DNA of 64,000 bases from Clarias gariepinus (Eukaryota). Every line of letters starts with the position of its first letter. The first letter of the stretch is position 1. Of this stretch, positions 38,677 to 49,925 are shown piece by piece. The stretch lies in contig NC_071110.1 of assembly GCF_024256425.1 (NCBI RefSeq), forward strand, positions 2,188,274 to 2,252,273. The letters run 5' to 3'. The notes under the pieces were generated by a model. It saw nothing but the letters and a program-made list of their open reading frames with translations. It ran no database searches and was not told the DNA's origin. Both the position numbers and the translations under genes were made by a program.

Positions 38677-38798
38677 TTGAAGTCGGCTCCTGAAGGTCTG
38701 TCGATTACAGAGATGGAGATCCGGCAGTTTCAGGCTAAGTTTTCTGATTCTGCTCAGAACCGCATGTTCTTCTACTTCAGATCTCCTCAGCTGCTCAG
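38677..38798 (+). CDS. NWD-family gene, next exon (phase 0 start, ends mid-codon)
   Basis: The acceptor (tg)n-tcag sits after the (TG)n tract and the donor is CAG|gtattt. It translates to LKSAPEGLSITEMEIRQFQAKFSDSAQNRMFFYFRSPQLL and its frame continues from the previous exon. Confidence 0.55.
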
Positions 38799-38827
38799 GT
38801 ATTTCACAACTTTAAATCTTTATATAT

Positions 38828-41722
38828 ATATACACTGCTCACAAAAATTAAAGGAACACTTTAAAGAAACACATTAGATACATCAGATCTCAATATGAAG
38901 TTGGATATCTATACAAATAACGACAGGGCAATGTCTTAGGAACAAAAGGATGCCAAGTCTTTTAATGGAAATAAAAGTTTTCAGCCTACAGAGGGCTCAA
39001 TTGTGTAGACACCCTAAAATCAGAGTGAAATGAAGATGTGGCAGGCTAGTCCATTTTTTCAAAAACTTAATTTCTGCAACTCAAAATGCTTTTCAGTATC
39101 TTGTGTGGCCCCCACGAGCTTGTATGCATGCTTGACAACATCGGGGCATGCTCCTAATGAGACAACGGATGGTGTCTTGTTGCATTTCCTCCCAGATCTG
39201 TGTGAGGGCATCCCTGAGCTGTTGTACAGTCTGAGGTGCGGTGCTTAATGGACCGAAACATAATGTCCCACAGATGTTCTATTGGGTTTAAGTCAGGGGA
39301 TCGTGAAGGCCATTCAATTGTTTCAATTCCTTCATCCTCCAGGTATTGCCTGCATACTCTTTTTTTTTTTTTTTTTTTTTCCCGGCCTGTCAGTATCACA
39401 GATAACACATAGCTGAGTGTATGTGTAGCTGTTCTATCATCATTTACAGCCATTTTTTTTTAATATTTATTTATTTATTTATTTATTTTGTTTGTTTCCC
39501 ATATTATAACAGACAAGACCGGGGACCAAAAAAAGAGAAGAGAGAGTAAAAAAAAAAAAAAATCAACCAAAAAAAAAAAAAATAATAAATAAATAATAAT
39601 AATAAAAAAAAAGAATAAAAATAAATAAACAAACAAACATTTAAGGGAAAAAAAAGGGAAAAGAGAGAGAAAAAAAGAAGAAGGGGGGAGTGGGAGGGGG
39701 GAGAGAATACAGTCAAAATTCGCTTCCGGACCTGCCGAAGAAAAAGAGAAAAAACAACAGAAGACACAACAGCAGAGAAACCGCAGCCACAACCAACACC
39801 TGCACGACTCGCGGCAAACCACAAATCCCAAAACCTGTTGAGCCGCGCACATAATAAAATATTTTGAAATAAACATTTTGTTTTGAAGCAACAGCAAAGA
39901 CAGTGTGTGTGTGAGCACCTGTTTGTACACCAGTGTGAACGTTTGTGTGCACACCTGTGTGTGTGAGCGCGCTTGTTTTCATAGGGCTCCTCCATATAAA
40001 TGTTTAATAGTGTGTGTGGGGGACCACAGTCCCGTCCCGCGAGGCATGGAGCAGATATGGCGGAGACACGGGTCCCAGACATCCAGAGGGCCCCCAGAGC
40101 ACAGAAGTCTTAGGAGAACCACCGCAGGGACAGCCCCCCCACCCCGAAAGGGGCAGCGGAGAGCCCAGAGGGGGGTCATCTAGCAGCCCCAGTGCAGACG
40201 CCACAGGGGGCCGTGGTGACAGGACCGCAGGCTCCGCCGGTGGTCGTCCACTCCGAGGCAGTCCGGTCCCTGGGTCCAGAGATCCCACGGCCCCCCCCCC
40301 ATCCACCAGCCGGTGCCCCGCCAAGCCAGGAGAGCCAGATCCCGCCCAGCGACCGCCGCGAGTGAGCCAGCGCTCACCCGAGCGCCCCGCCCCGGAGCGA
40401 GAAACCAACAACCCACCAGCGGCTGGGGGCACCCCACAGCTGTGTGTGGTGGCAGAGCAGGGGGGGCCTGGGATGTTGAGAGAGGTGGAGTCTAGGACCT
40501 GACCTGACACCTAAACGTAGACAGCCAGGCACACACATACACAAACATACATTCCCACCCTCATACACACAAACAAATATTCACGCACTCACACATGTAG
40601 ACACACAAAAATAGACAGTATACACACTCACACTCCCCATATACCCACTTCCCTCCGCCGTGGGGACAGAAAGACCACCCCGGTCCCCGCAGCAGCGGAA
40701 AGGACCACCAGCCCAGACCCTGCCTGCATACTCTTGCCACATGGACCAGGCATTGTCGTGCATTAGGAGGAAACCAGGACCTACTGCACCAGCGTAGGGT
40801 CTGACAAAGGGTTCAATGATTTCATCTGGTTACCTTATGGCAGTCAGACCACCATTTCCTAGGCAGTAGAGGTCTGTGCGTCCCTCCATGGATATGCCTC
40901 CCCAGACCATCACTGACCCACCACCAAACCTGTCATGTTGAACAACGTTGCAGGCAGCATAACGTTCTCCTTGTCTTCTCCAAACTCTTTCACGTCTATC
41001 ACAGCTGCTCAGGGTGAACCTGCTCTCGTCTGTAAAAAGTACAGGGCGCCAGTGGCGGACTTGCCAATTCTGGTGTTCTTAAGCAAATGCCAGTCGAGCT
41101 CCACGGTGCTGGGCAGTGAGCACAGGGCCCACTACAGGACATCGGGCCCTCAGGCCATCTTCATGAAGTCTGTTCCTGATTGTTTGGGTAGAGACATTCA
41201 CACCAGTGGCCCTCTGGAGGTCATTCTGTCTTGCACAAAGGAGCAGGTATCGGTCCTGCTGATGGGTTGAGGACCTTGTATGGCCCTGTCCAGCTCTCCG
41301 AGAATAACCGCCAGTCTCCTAAAAACTCCTCCATGTTCTGGAGATTGTGCTGGGAGACACATTAAACCTTCTTGCTGCAGCACGTGTGGATGTGCCATCC
41401 TGGAGAAGTTGGACAACCTGGCCAACTTCTGTAGGGTTAAGGAATCGCCTCATACTGCCAGTAGAGATAATTACTCAAGCCAAAACTAGCACGAGTGGAA
41501 AACCAGCCAAAAAAGATCAAGAGGGAGAAACTTGAAATGACCTCCACATGTAAAATCGGTCCTGTTTTGAGGGTTTTCTAATTGTTACCATTGTAGTGCA
41601 CCTGTCGTTAAGTCCATGAACACCAATACAGCTGAAAGTGATTAACAATGCCCTCAGCTGCAGATTTAATTGATTTCATGCCAGGCCCAATAAAAAAAGT
41701 GTTCCTTTAATTTTTGTGAGCA

Positions 41723-41726
<4 letters not shown>
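38828..41726 (-). mobile_element. Tc1-like DNA transposon (second family), transposase pseudogene disrupted by a retroposed insertion
   Basis: The terminal inverted repeats are tacactgctcacaaaaattaaaggaacac (38830-38858) and its reverse complement at 41696-41726. Transposase pieces lie on the minus strand; 39154..39453 reads ...[23 protein letters not shown]. Confidence 0.75.
39358..40739 (-). mobile_element. Retroposed insert (1.38 kb, poly(A) on minus strand, 14-bp target-site duplication) nested inside the Tc1 transposase
   Basis: The 14-mer tgcctgcatactct occurs at 39344-39357 and again at 40726-40739. The insert starts on the + strand with T20, which is a poly(A) tail on the minus strand, with low-complexity (AAATAAAT)n / A-rich sequence next to it. 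The remainder is GC-rich with no credible ORF. Confidence 0.65.

Positions 41727-41772
<46 letters not shown>
41727..41772. repeat. (AT)n microsatellite adjacent to the Tc1 terminus
   Basis: An atatat tract. Confidence 0.9.
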
Positions 41773-41776
<4 letters not shown>

Positions 41777-42452
41777 TACAAATAGCAAATATATTGTAAA
41801 GTAAGAGTAAAATTATATTTGGTTTTTATGAAATTTAAATTTGCTGAAATAAAACACTGAAAGTTGTGTAATAAACACATGAGAAAACAGAGGGTGCTTC
41901 AATAAGATTCAATTACTGTTACCATCCTGAGGCTGATTATTATAATATTTAATATACCAACAATAAATATATATAAAACCAATAAATATATTAAATATAT
42001 TTATTTAATATACCCACATGTCATGTAGAGTTTGCTATTTCACATTATTATTTTTAGTAGAGAAATAAAACAATATTTTGTATTTGTTTATATTACCATT
42101 GATTAACATGCAAACTCCAGGAGACAATTTATTGACTTTTGCATTTAGGACTACATTTGTCTGTTGTGTTTCATAAAGGGTTTGTATTGAATGTTTTACA
42201 TTTTAAACATTTAGTGTTTGCAGATTATTTATTTCCTTCTTATTAGTGTCAATTTTTATTTATTTATTTTACAGTTCTTTTATTTTATTTAATAAAACAT
42301 TTTTTTTTTTGGACGTTTCTTAGTCAACCTATAAATCACAATATATGCAATGTATTGTTGGAATGGCTGAAATAATCATATTATACATTTGTCATGCCTG
42401 CTGTTAACTTCTTGCTTTAATTATTTAATGACAATTATACACTTTTATTTAG

Positions 42453-42566
42453 ATCAGTGCCTGAGGCTTGGAGAGATGACATTGCAGCTGAATCCAAAAA
42501 AACTGCAGCTAAAATGGTTAAACTAAAGGAATGGATCAAGAGCAATCACTTTAGTTTAATGGAAAA
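42453..42566 (+). CDS. NWD-family gene, exon
   Basis: The acceptor is ttttatttag and the donor is AA|gtaaga. The first base completes codon AGA from the previous exon, giving (R)SVPEAWRDDIAAESKKTAAKMVKLKEWIKSNHFSLME. Confidence 0.55.
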
Positions 42567-42916
42567 GTAAGAACAGGATATAGATTATTTACTTTATTCA
42601 GCTTTTTCGAAAATTTTGTTTGTAATGTTAAACGTAATGAAAATTCTCTTCAGTTTATCCAAACTTCAAGGGACACACAAGAAAAAAAAAACAATTGTAA
42701 TAGACTGCTAGGTTTATACATTTCATTACTAATATGGAAAAAAGTCAGAAAGGAGGTACAGTATAATCGGTACTTTATTTATGTTTTATAATGATAAAAT
42801 GCCTGTTGAACAATGCTACTGAATGATTAAAAGTTATATGTTATGAATAATGTTTTAAATGAATAATCTTCATAGTAGGTGTTGCATTGTTAAACACTGT
42901 GTTCTTCTCTCTGTAG

Positions 42917-43034
42917 TTACCCGTGTGAGTGGGACGGAGTCATAGATGGAAAACCGTACGTAAAAGATCTGGATGATTTTGCCAAGGCTGTGATGAAAGA
43001 TCTGTACTTTGCAATACATAAGCTTTTTGTTAAG
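42917..43034 (+). CDS. NWD-family gene, exon
   Basis: The acceptor is tctctctgtag and the donor is AAG|gtcaga. It translates to (N)YPCEWDGVIDGKPYVKDLDDFAKAVMKDLYFAIHKLFVK. The codon phases chain correctly through all five exons. The rest of the gene (NACHT, WD40) must lie downstream and I did not resolve it. Confidence 0.55.
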
Positions 43035-45695
43035 GTCAGATAGTAAAATATAAAATAATAATTATAAATAAACGTGTGCTTTGAAATGTAATTTAATTCC
43101 TGTTTATTTATGTTGTGGTTTTAAACAGTCATTGACACATAGCAGCTTCAAAAAATAAAAAACCTAATTAAGGAAATTACAGTATTTTAAAATATATGAG
43201 GAAATAATAATCAATCAAAATTATCAGGTTGAGAAATCAGCAGAGAAAGCTGCCTCTCAGTACATGAGAAACAACTGAGAAGCAAAGGATTTATAGCTGA
43301 CAACAGGTCAAGAAAAGTTGCAGTAAAAAATGCAAAATACACATGGTCAGTTCAAACTAAGTTTAAGTTTAATGTTAAATGTAGGTGTGAAATGCATGTG
43401 TTTTTTTTAATGTGCCTTCACTAAAACATGCTGTCAGCTATCCATATGATAATGCTGGCCACATTTGGGATTATATCAGTGTCACTGTGTGTGCCTGTGA
43501 TGGGCATGCACCCAAATCTACTATTGCTCCTCGCTTACTCTGTAGGCTCCCTAGATAGGCGGCACCCCCTTCTGCAGGTATGCAAAGGGACGGAGCTGCC
43601 TATGTGGGCCAGCTGGCAATAATTAATGTTAATAGGATCTCGGGCTTGCGCCGCATTATAAAAGCAAGGCGCGGAGTTTAGTCCAAGGTCTGGGAAGTAC
43701 GTGATCCAGTGGAGCAATAAAAAAGGGGCATGCGAGTGAGGTGATGTGATCATGAGGGAGCGTGCGGTAGCACTGCCTCCGCGTGTGCCGTTTTGCCACT
43801 CCGGCCACCACCACCTATGGTTAGCTGTGTGCTAGGGTCGAATCTAAAAACAAAGTAAGAGATACATGCAATGCAATTAGAAATACAAAAAGAAACAAAC
43901 ACATCAAAAGTAAAACTAACTTTTAGAGAATTACATATCACATGCACATCTTCTCTGGTCCAGAAAAAAAGGCCAGGGGAAGATTGGTAAAGAGAATATG
44001 AGCAGAGATACATCTATTTAAATTTGGAAGTTGTAGATAATCGGCCTGTGAGACAACCAATCTGGTCTGGGTATCAACTGACAATTTAAAGTCAATTTGG
44101 GTAGCAATAACAGATGGATTTTCGATTTTTTTGAGCTGAAGTACCAGGCTTTGGCCATATATGCTTCAAAGCACAAGGAGATTGACTGTTTTCCTCTAAA
44201 CAAGAACTCACTCTTCCTGTAGTAAATGCAGCAGCCTGATTAGTTGCAGTTTGAGAAGGAGAGGAGTCCACATTGCCCATACTATTGCAAGTGGTTTGTC
44301 TTTGCTTAGCTAAAAGATTATCATAAAGTAAAATTAGAACAACAAAGGAATAAACATTAAACTGTGAAATAGTAACAAAAAGATTCTTAAGCATGATTTT
44401 GGTCTTGAAAGCTGAACATACAACCAGGAAAATAGAAAAAACTAAGCACAGCCCTGTTATTTTTAAGATTTAATGCAAAAGGTTAAAAGATAATGGGATA
44501 AATGTGTATAAAATGGAAGAAAAAGGAAAACAATGAGAAAAATTATAGACATAAAATATGGATTGTGTAAGGAGTCAAATGACTAGGAAGATGATGTAAG
44601 ATAATATGGTAGAGAAGTTAAAACATATTGGGAAAAAAATGAGAATTATTTTGGTAAAAGTATGTAAAAAAGAGAACCAAGGGAGGAGATAATGTTTGAA
44701 ACCCTCCCCGGTGAACTGTATATAATCAGTGTGCATTGTACTGCTTTTCAGTCTGCTTTTGACCTTGCTTTGGGTTTTGACCTGAACACAAGTGCAACTC
44801 ACTTGGGCCTTATTGCTGCAATAAATACTGTTTATTTTATCCAAGTCCTGAGTAATTTTTGGTACTTTTCTAATTAGAGATACAGTTATTTTTTATGTTT
44901 GAATTAATTAAATAAGCATTAACTAGTGAAAGAAGAAAAATCTCCCACATTTATTGGTGACCCGAAGTGATTCCAGCATGGAGAGACTCTTTAGGGACCT
45001 GGGACCAGTACCAGCCAACAGACCATCAACTTGTGGTCTGTCATAGCAAAGGTGAGCACAAAACCTGTTTTATCTGATTTCTTCATTGGAAGTCCATGGT
45101 CTGTTGGTGTGTGCATGGTTCCTAGCCAGAAGGAGTCTGAAAGCAATCCGAGGACATTAGGAAAAAATGCTGAGCCTAAAGACTCAGGACCAATAGTTAA
45201 GCAAGCAGCTGAAGTGACTTAGTGTGATTATGGTGTTATTTTAAAATAAAATGTGTTGAATTTTTTGTTGCTTAAAATGTGCGTCATAACTGCTGATGTG
45301 CGGCACCCGCTGGCAAGCGATTAATACAAATAGTCCGTTTTTATTCAGGTTGATGGCTGGCTGCTGTGACAACTTTCAGAAAGAGTCTTACTTTTCCTTA
45401 AGGTTTGAATTGTGGGCAGGGCTTAGCTACATATATTGAAGGTGAATCTAGCTCAAACGTTAGTGTGCTTTAGTTTTCTAAATTAGATTCTTCTCCACGG
45501 CTAAGGTAGGTTTTTAACTTTTGTACTGTTTTTAAAACACGATTGGTTCTTACTGTATACTGTACCTAGGTTTTGCTGTTTGGTAGTGTTGATTGCAATG
45601 TGATTGAAGTAGGTCTAAAGCAATTTGTTCTCAGGTAGTTAATCAAGAGTAGTTTCAGGCCTTCTTAAGGTGTGAATTGTGGGCAGGGCTTAGCT

Positions 45696-47030
45696 ACATT
45701 TACATTTACATTTAGGCATTTGGCAGACGCTCTTATCCAGAGCGACTTACAAAAAGTGCTTTAATGTTTACAACATTGGATACATACTTACACTGGGTTA
45801 ACTAGGTTAATAACTAAGTACCATTAGTCCAACACAACTGAGGTTTTTTTTTTTTTTTTTTTTTTTCGGGGGGAGGGGGGTTAGTCCAAGTACTGGAGAA
45901 ACAGATGCGTCTTGAGTCGTCGTTTAAAGATAGTCAAAGTCTCTGATGTACGGACATCTAGAGGAAGTTCATTCCACCATCTAGGTGCCAGAACAGAAAA
46001 GAGCCTGGATGAATGCCGCCCTCGATCCCTGAGAGATGGTGGGATGAGGCGAGCAGTGCTGGAGGATCGGAGGCAACGTGGTGCAGTGCGTGGTGTAATT
46101 AGCGCAGAGAGGTAAGTGGGTGCTGGGCCATTTTTGGCTTTGTAGGCAAGCATCAGTGTTTTGAATTTGATGCGGGCAGCTACAGGAAGCCAGTGCAGGG
46201 AGCGGAGGAGTGGGGTGGTGTGGGAGAACTTGGGAAGGTTAAAAACGAGTCGTGCTGCTGCATTCTGGATCAGTTGCAGAGGACGAATCGTGGACAGAGG
46301 CAGGCCTGCCAGGAGTGAGTTGCAGTAGTCCAGTCTTGAAATAACAAGGGACTGAACAAGCACCTGAGTAGCCTGTGAAGAAAGAAATGGGCGAATTCTT
46401 CTGATATTGTAAAGAAGAAATCGACAAGAGCGAGTAAGGTTAGCGATGTGTGGGGAAAATGACAGATGATTGTCCACGGTTACCCCAAGATTGCGGGCGG
46501 TGGTTGAGGGAGTGATTTGGTTGTTGTCCATGGATATCACAAGGTCTTGACCTGGAGATGAGTCACAAGGGATAAACAACAGTTCGGTTTTACTGAGATT
46601 GAGCTTCAGCTGATGAGCAGCCATCCAAAATGAGATGTCTGCCAGACATGCTGAGATCCGGGTGGAAACCTGAGTGTCAGAGGGAGGAAAGGAGAGGACA
46701 AGTTGGGTGTCGTCTGCATAACAGTGGTATGAGAATCCATGCGATGATATGACCTTACCAAGAGACCGGGTATAGAGGGAGAACAGAAGAGGACCAAGTA
46801 CTGAGCCCTGCGGGACACCAGTAGAGAGTCTACGTGGGGCAGATGTAGATCCCCTCCATGTTACCTCATATGACCTATCTTTAAGGTAAGAAGCAAACCA
46901 TTGCCACGCTGTTCCACAAATTCCAAGGCTTGTAAGGATAGATAATAGAATCTTGTGGTTCACGGTGTCAATACATATATTGACGGTGTCTCGATTAATA
47001 AGCATATCCTGAAACAAAGTTAGTCAAGAA
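45696..47030 (-). mobile_element. L2-type LINE, 5'-truncated (RT plus complete 3' tail), near-intact ORF
   Basis: The 378-aa ORF 45881..47017 carries [35 protein letters not shown] and ends ...[23 protein letters not shown]. The 3'UTR contains tttacatttaggcatttggcagacgctcttatccagagcgacttaca. Confidence 0.85.
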
Positions 47031-47039
47031 TCTAGATAG

Positions 47040-49925
47040 CAAGTGCACAGAGAATTGCCTCAAACCCCTGTTTACCAAGAAATTACAAGTTTTATAGACA
47101 ATTACCTCAGTCTAGCATGTGTCTTCAACATCTCTGTCAGTTCTCACAGACCAAGATGCTTTTACTCGCAGATCTCCCAAAAACCACATCTACCCTCCAG
47201 TACTGTCTCATTGCCCTGCACTGGTGGTAGGTGGGCTCTGGAACTGCCAATCTGCTGTAAAGAAAGCAGATATTATCTCTGCCCTAGCTACCTACTACTT
47301 TTTGACTTTCTGGCACTAACTGAGACATGGATATCCCCTCAGAACTCAGCTACACCGGCTGCCCTATCCTCTGCCTATATATTCTCTCACGCTCAACGAG
47401 AAACTGGTAGAGGTGGTGGTACGGGTTTCCTGTTGTCCAAGAGATGGTCCTTCTCGCCTATCCCCCTGTCTCATCTCAGTTTTTCATCATTTGAATTTCA
47501 TGCAGTTAAGGTAACCTCTTCAATTAACCTCCACATCCTGGTTATTTACCGTCCTCCTGGCTCTCTAGGAAACTTTCCAGATGAAATGGATATGCTTCTT
47601 AGTATTTTTCCTTCTATTAACACTCTTCTCACTGATTTCAACCTTCCATCGGACAAACTACAATCCTCTTTCCTTCTCCCTCTCCTTAACTCCTTCTCTT
47701 TAACTCTAAACAGTTGCCCTCCCACACACAAGGCAGGGAATTTTCTCGACCTCGTTTTTTGCCGCCCTTCCCCAGTCACAGATATCACTACTATTCCTCT
47801 TCATAAATCTGATCATTACCTGGTATCCTTTACCATAACCCTTTCTATTCTATGTAAACCTAAACACCACAATGTCTCTCTTACCCGCAGAAACCTTCAC
47901 TCTGTCTTCCCTTCTTCTGTGTCTCCCTGCATCCTATCATCCATCCCAGACCCAGACTCTACCACTAGAGACTGCGACTGAAACTTTCCTCTCATCTCTT
48001 TCCTTATCCATAGATCTCCTTTGCCCGCTGTCATCTAAACCAAGAAAGACGTCTTGTCCTGCTCCTTGGCTATCTGATGTACTGCGCAACAACAGGAGAG
48101 AATTAAGAACTGCAGAGAGAAGATGGAAAAAAGCGCAACTTGATGCAGATCTCATGTCTTACCAGACTCTTCTTTCCAAATTCTCATGTGACGTGACTTC
48201 TTTAGAGAAAAGCTAAAGGGCCTCTGCACATGATCCTGGCAAACTCCACAACATCTTCTCCTCACTACTCAACCCACCAATTCCTCCTGCCCCTTCCTTT
48301 CTGACTGCTGATAATTTTGGCACATTCTACAATGAGAAGATTGCAGCAATCCGCCAGTCCTTCGCTCCCAACCAAACTCCTACGGCAGAACCTCAGGACC
48401 TTCCCTTCCCTCCCTTAGCAGAATTCTCCATCCTGTCATCTGATGAGATTCAGCAGATCTTCTCGTCATCCAACCCAACCACCTGTTCATTAGACCCAAT
48501 CCCTTCCACAATGCTCTAGGCCATCTCATGAGACCTCCTTCCCTTCACCACAACCATCATCAACCATTCCATATCATTTGGTCATGTTCCTGCTGCTTTT
48601 AAGAAGGCAAGGGTTATTCCCATCCTCAAGAAACTCTGCCTGGACCCATCAGAAGTTAACAACTATCGCCCGGTATCACTTCTCTCTTTTATTTCCAAAA
48701 TTCTTGAAAGAACTGTTTATAACCAAATGTCTCTTTATTTTTCACATAACAACCTTAATGATCCCAACCAATCTGGATTCAAAGTGGCACATTCTACAGA
48801 GACTGCCCTTCTGTCAGTCACTGAGAAGCTCCATGCTGCTAGATCTGCTAAACTGTCATCTGTCCTCAACCTCCTGGATCTGTCAGCTGCATTTAACACG
48901 GTGCACAACAAGCTTCTATTATCTATTCTTACAAGCCTTGGAATTTGTGGAACAGTGTGGCAATGGTTTGCTTCTTACCTAAAAGATAGGTCATATGAGA
49001 TAACATGGAGGGGATCTACATCTGCCCCACGTGGACTCTCTACTCTCTACTGGTGTCACGCAGGGCTCAGTACTTGGTCCTCTTCTGTTTGACCTCTATA
49101 CCCGGTCTCTTAGTAAGGTCATATCATCGCATGGATTTTCATACCATTGTTATGCAGATAACACCCAACTTACTTTCTCCTTTCCTCCCTCTGACACTCA
49201 GGTTTCCACCCAGATCTCAGCATGTCTGGCAGACATCTCATCCTGGATGGCTGCTCATCAGCTAAAGCTCAATCTCAGTAAAACCGAACTGTTGTTTATC
49301 CCTTGTGACTCATCCTCATGTCAAGACCTCGTGATATCCCTGGACAACAACCAAATCACTTCTTCAGCCACCGCCCGCAACTGATCCAGAATGCAGAAGC
49401 ACATCTTGTTTTTAACCTTCCCAAGTTCTCCCACACCACACCACTTCTCTGCTCCCTGCACTGGCTTCCTGTAGCTGCCACAAATTCAAAACGCTGATGC
49501 TTGCCTTCAAAGCTAAAAATGGCCCAGCACCCACTTACCTTTAAATAACACCACGCACTGCACCACGTTCCCTACGATCCTCCAGCACTGCTCGTCTTAT
49601 CCCACCCTCTCTCAGGGATCGAGGGTGGCATTCATTCAGCCTTTTTTCTGTTCTGACACCTAGGTGGTGGAACGAACTTCCTCTAGGTGTCTATCTTTGA
49701 CAATCTTTAAACGACGACTCAAGACGCATCTGTTTCCCCAGTACTTGGACTACACCCTAAAAAAAAAAAACTCTTCCCAGTTGTGTTGGACTAATGGCAC
49801 TTACTTATTAACCTAGTTAACCCAGTGTAAGTATGTATTCAATGATGTAAACTTTAAAGCACTTTTTGTAAGTTGTCTGGATAAGAGTGTCTGCCAAATG
49901 CCGAAATGTAAATGTAAATAACCTT
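47040..49925 (+). mobile_element. L2-type LINE, near full-length (APE-like endonuclease plus RT plus 3' tail), frameshifted
   Basis: The endonuclease ORF 47043..47981 reads LALTETWISPQNSATPAALS...FLLSKRWSFSPIPL...LHILVIYRPPG. RT pieces at 48578..49384 read [36 protein letters not shown]. The tail at 49600-49925 matches the reverse complement of 17420-17700. It lies head-to-head with the minus-strand copy ending at 47030. Confidence 0.8.

Noticed and set aside
39475-40568. Multiple 60-190-aa ORFs (Pro/Gly/Arg-rich or poly-Phe/Leu) in the retroposed insert
   Set aside because: They are low-complexity and GC- or homopolymer-driven, and they overlap on both strands with no domain-like content. 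They are not credible proteins.
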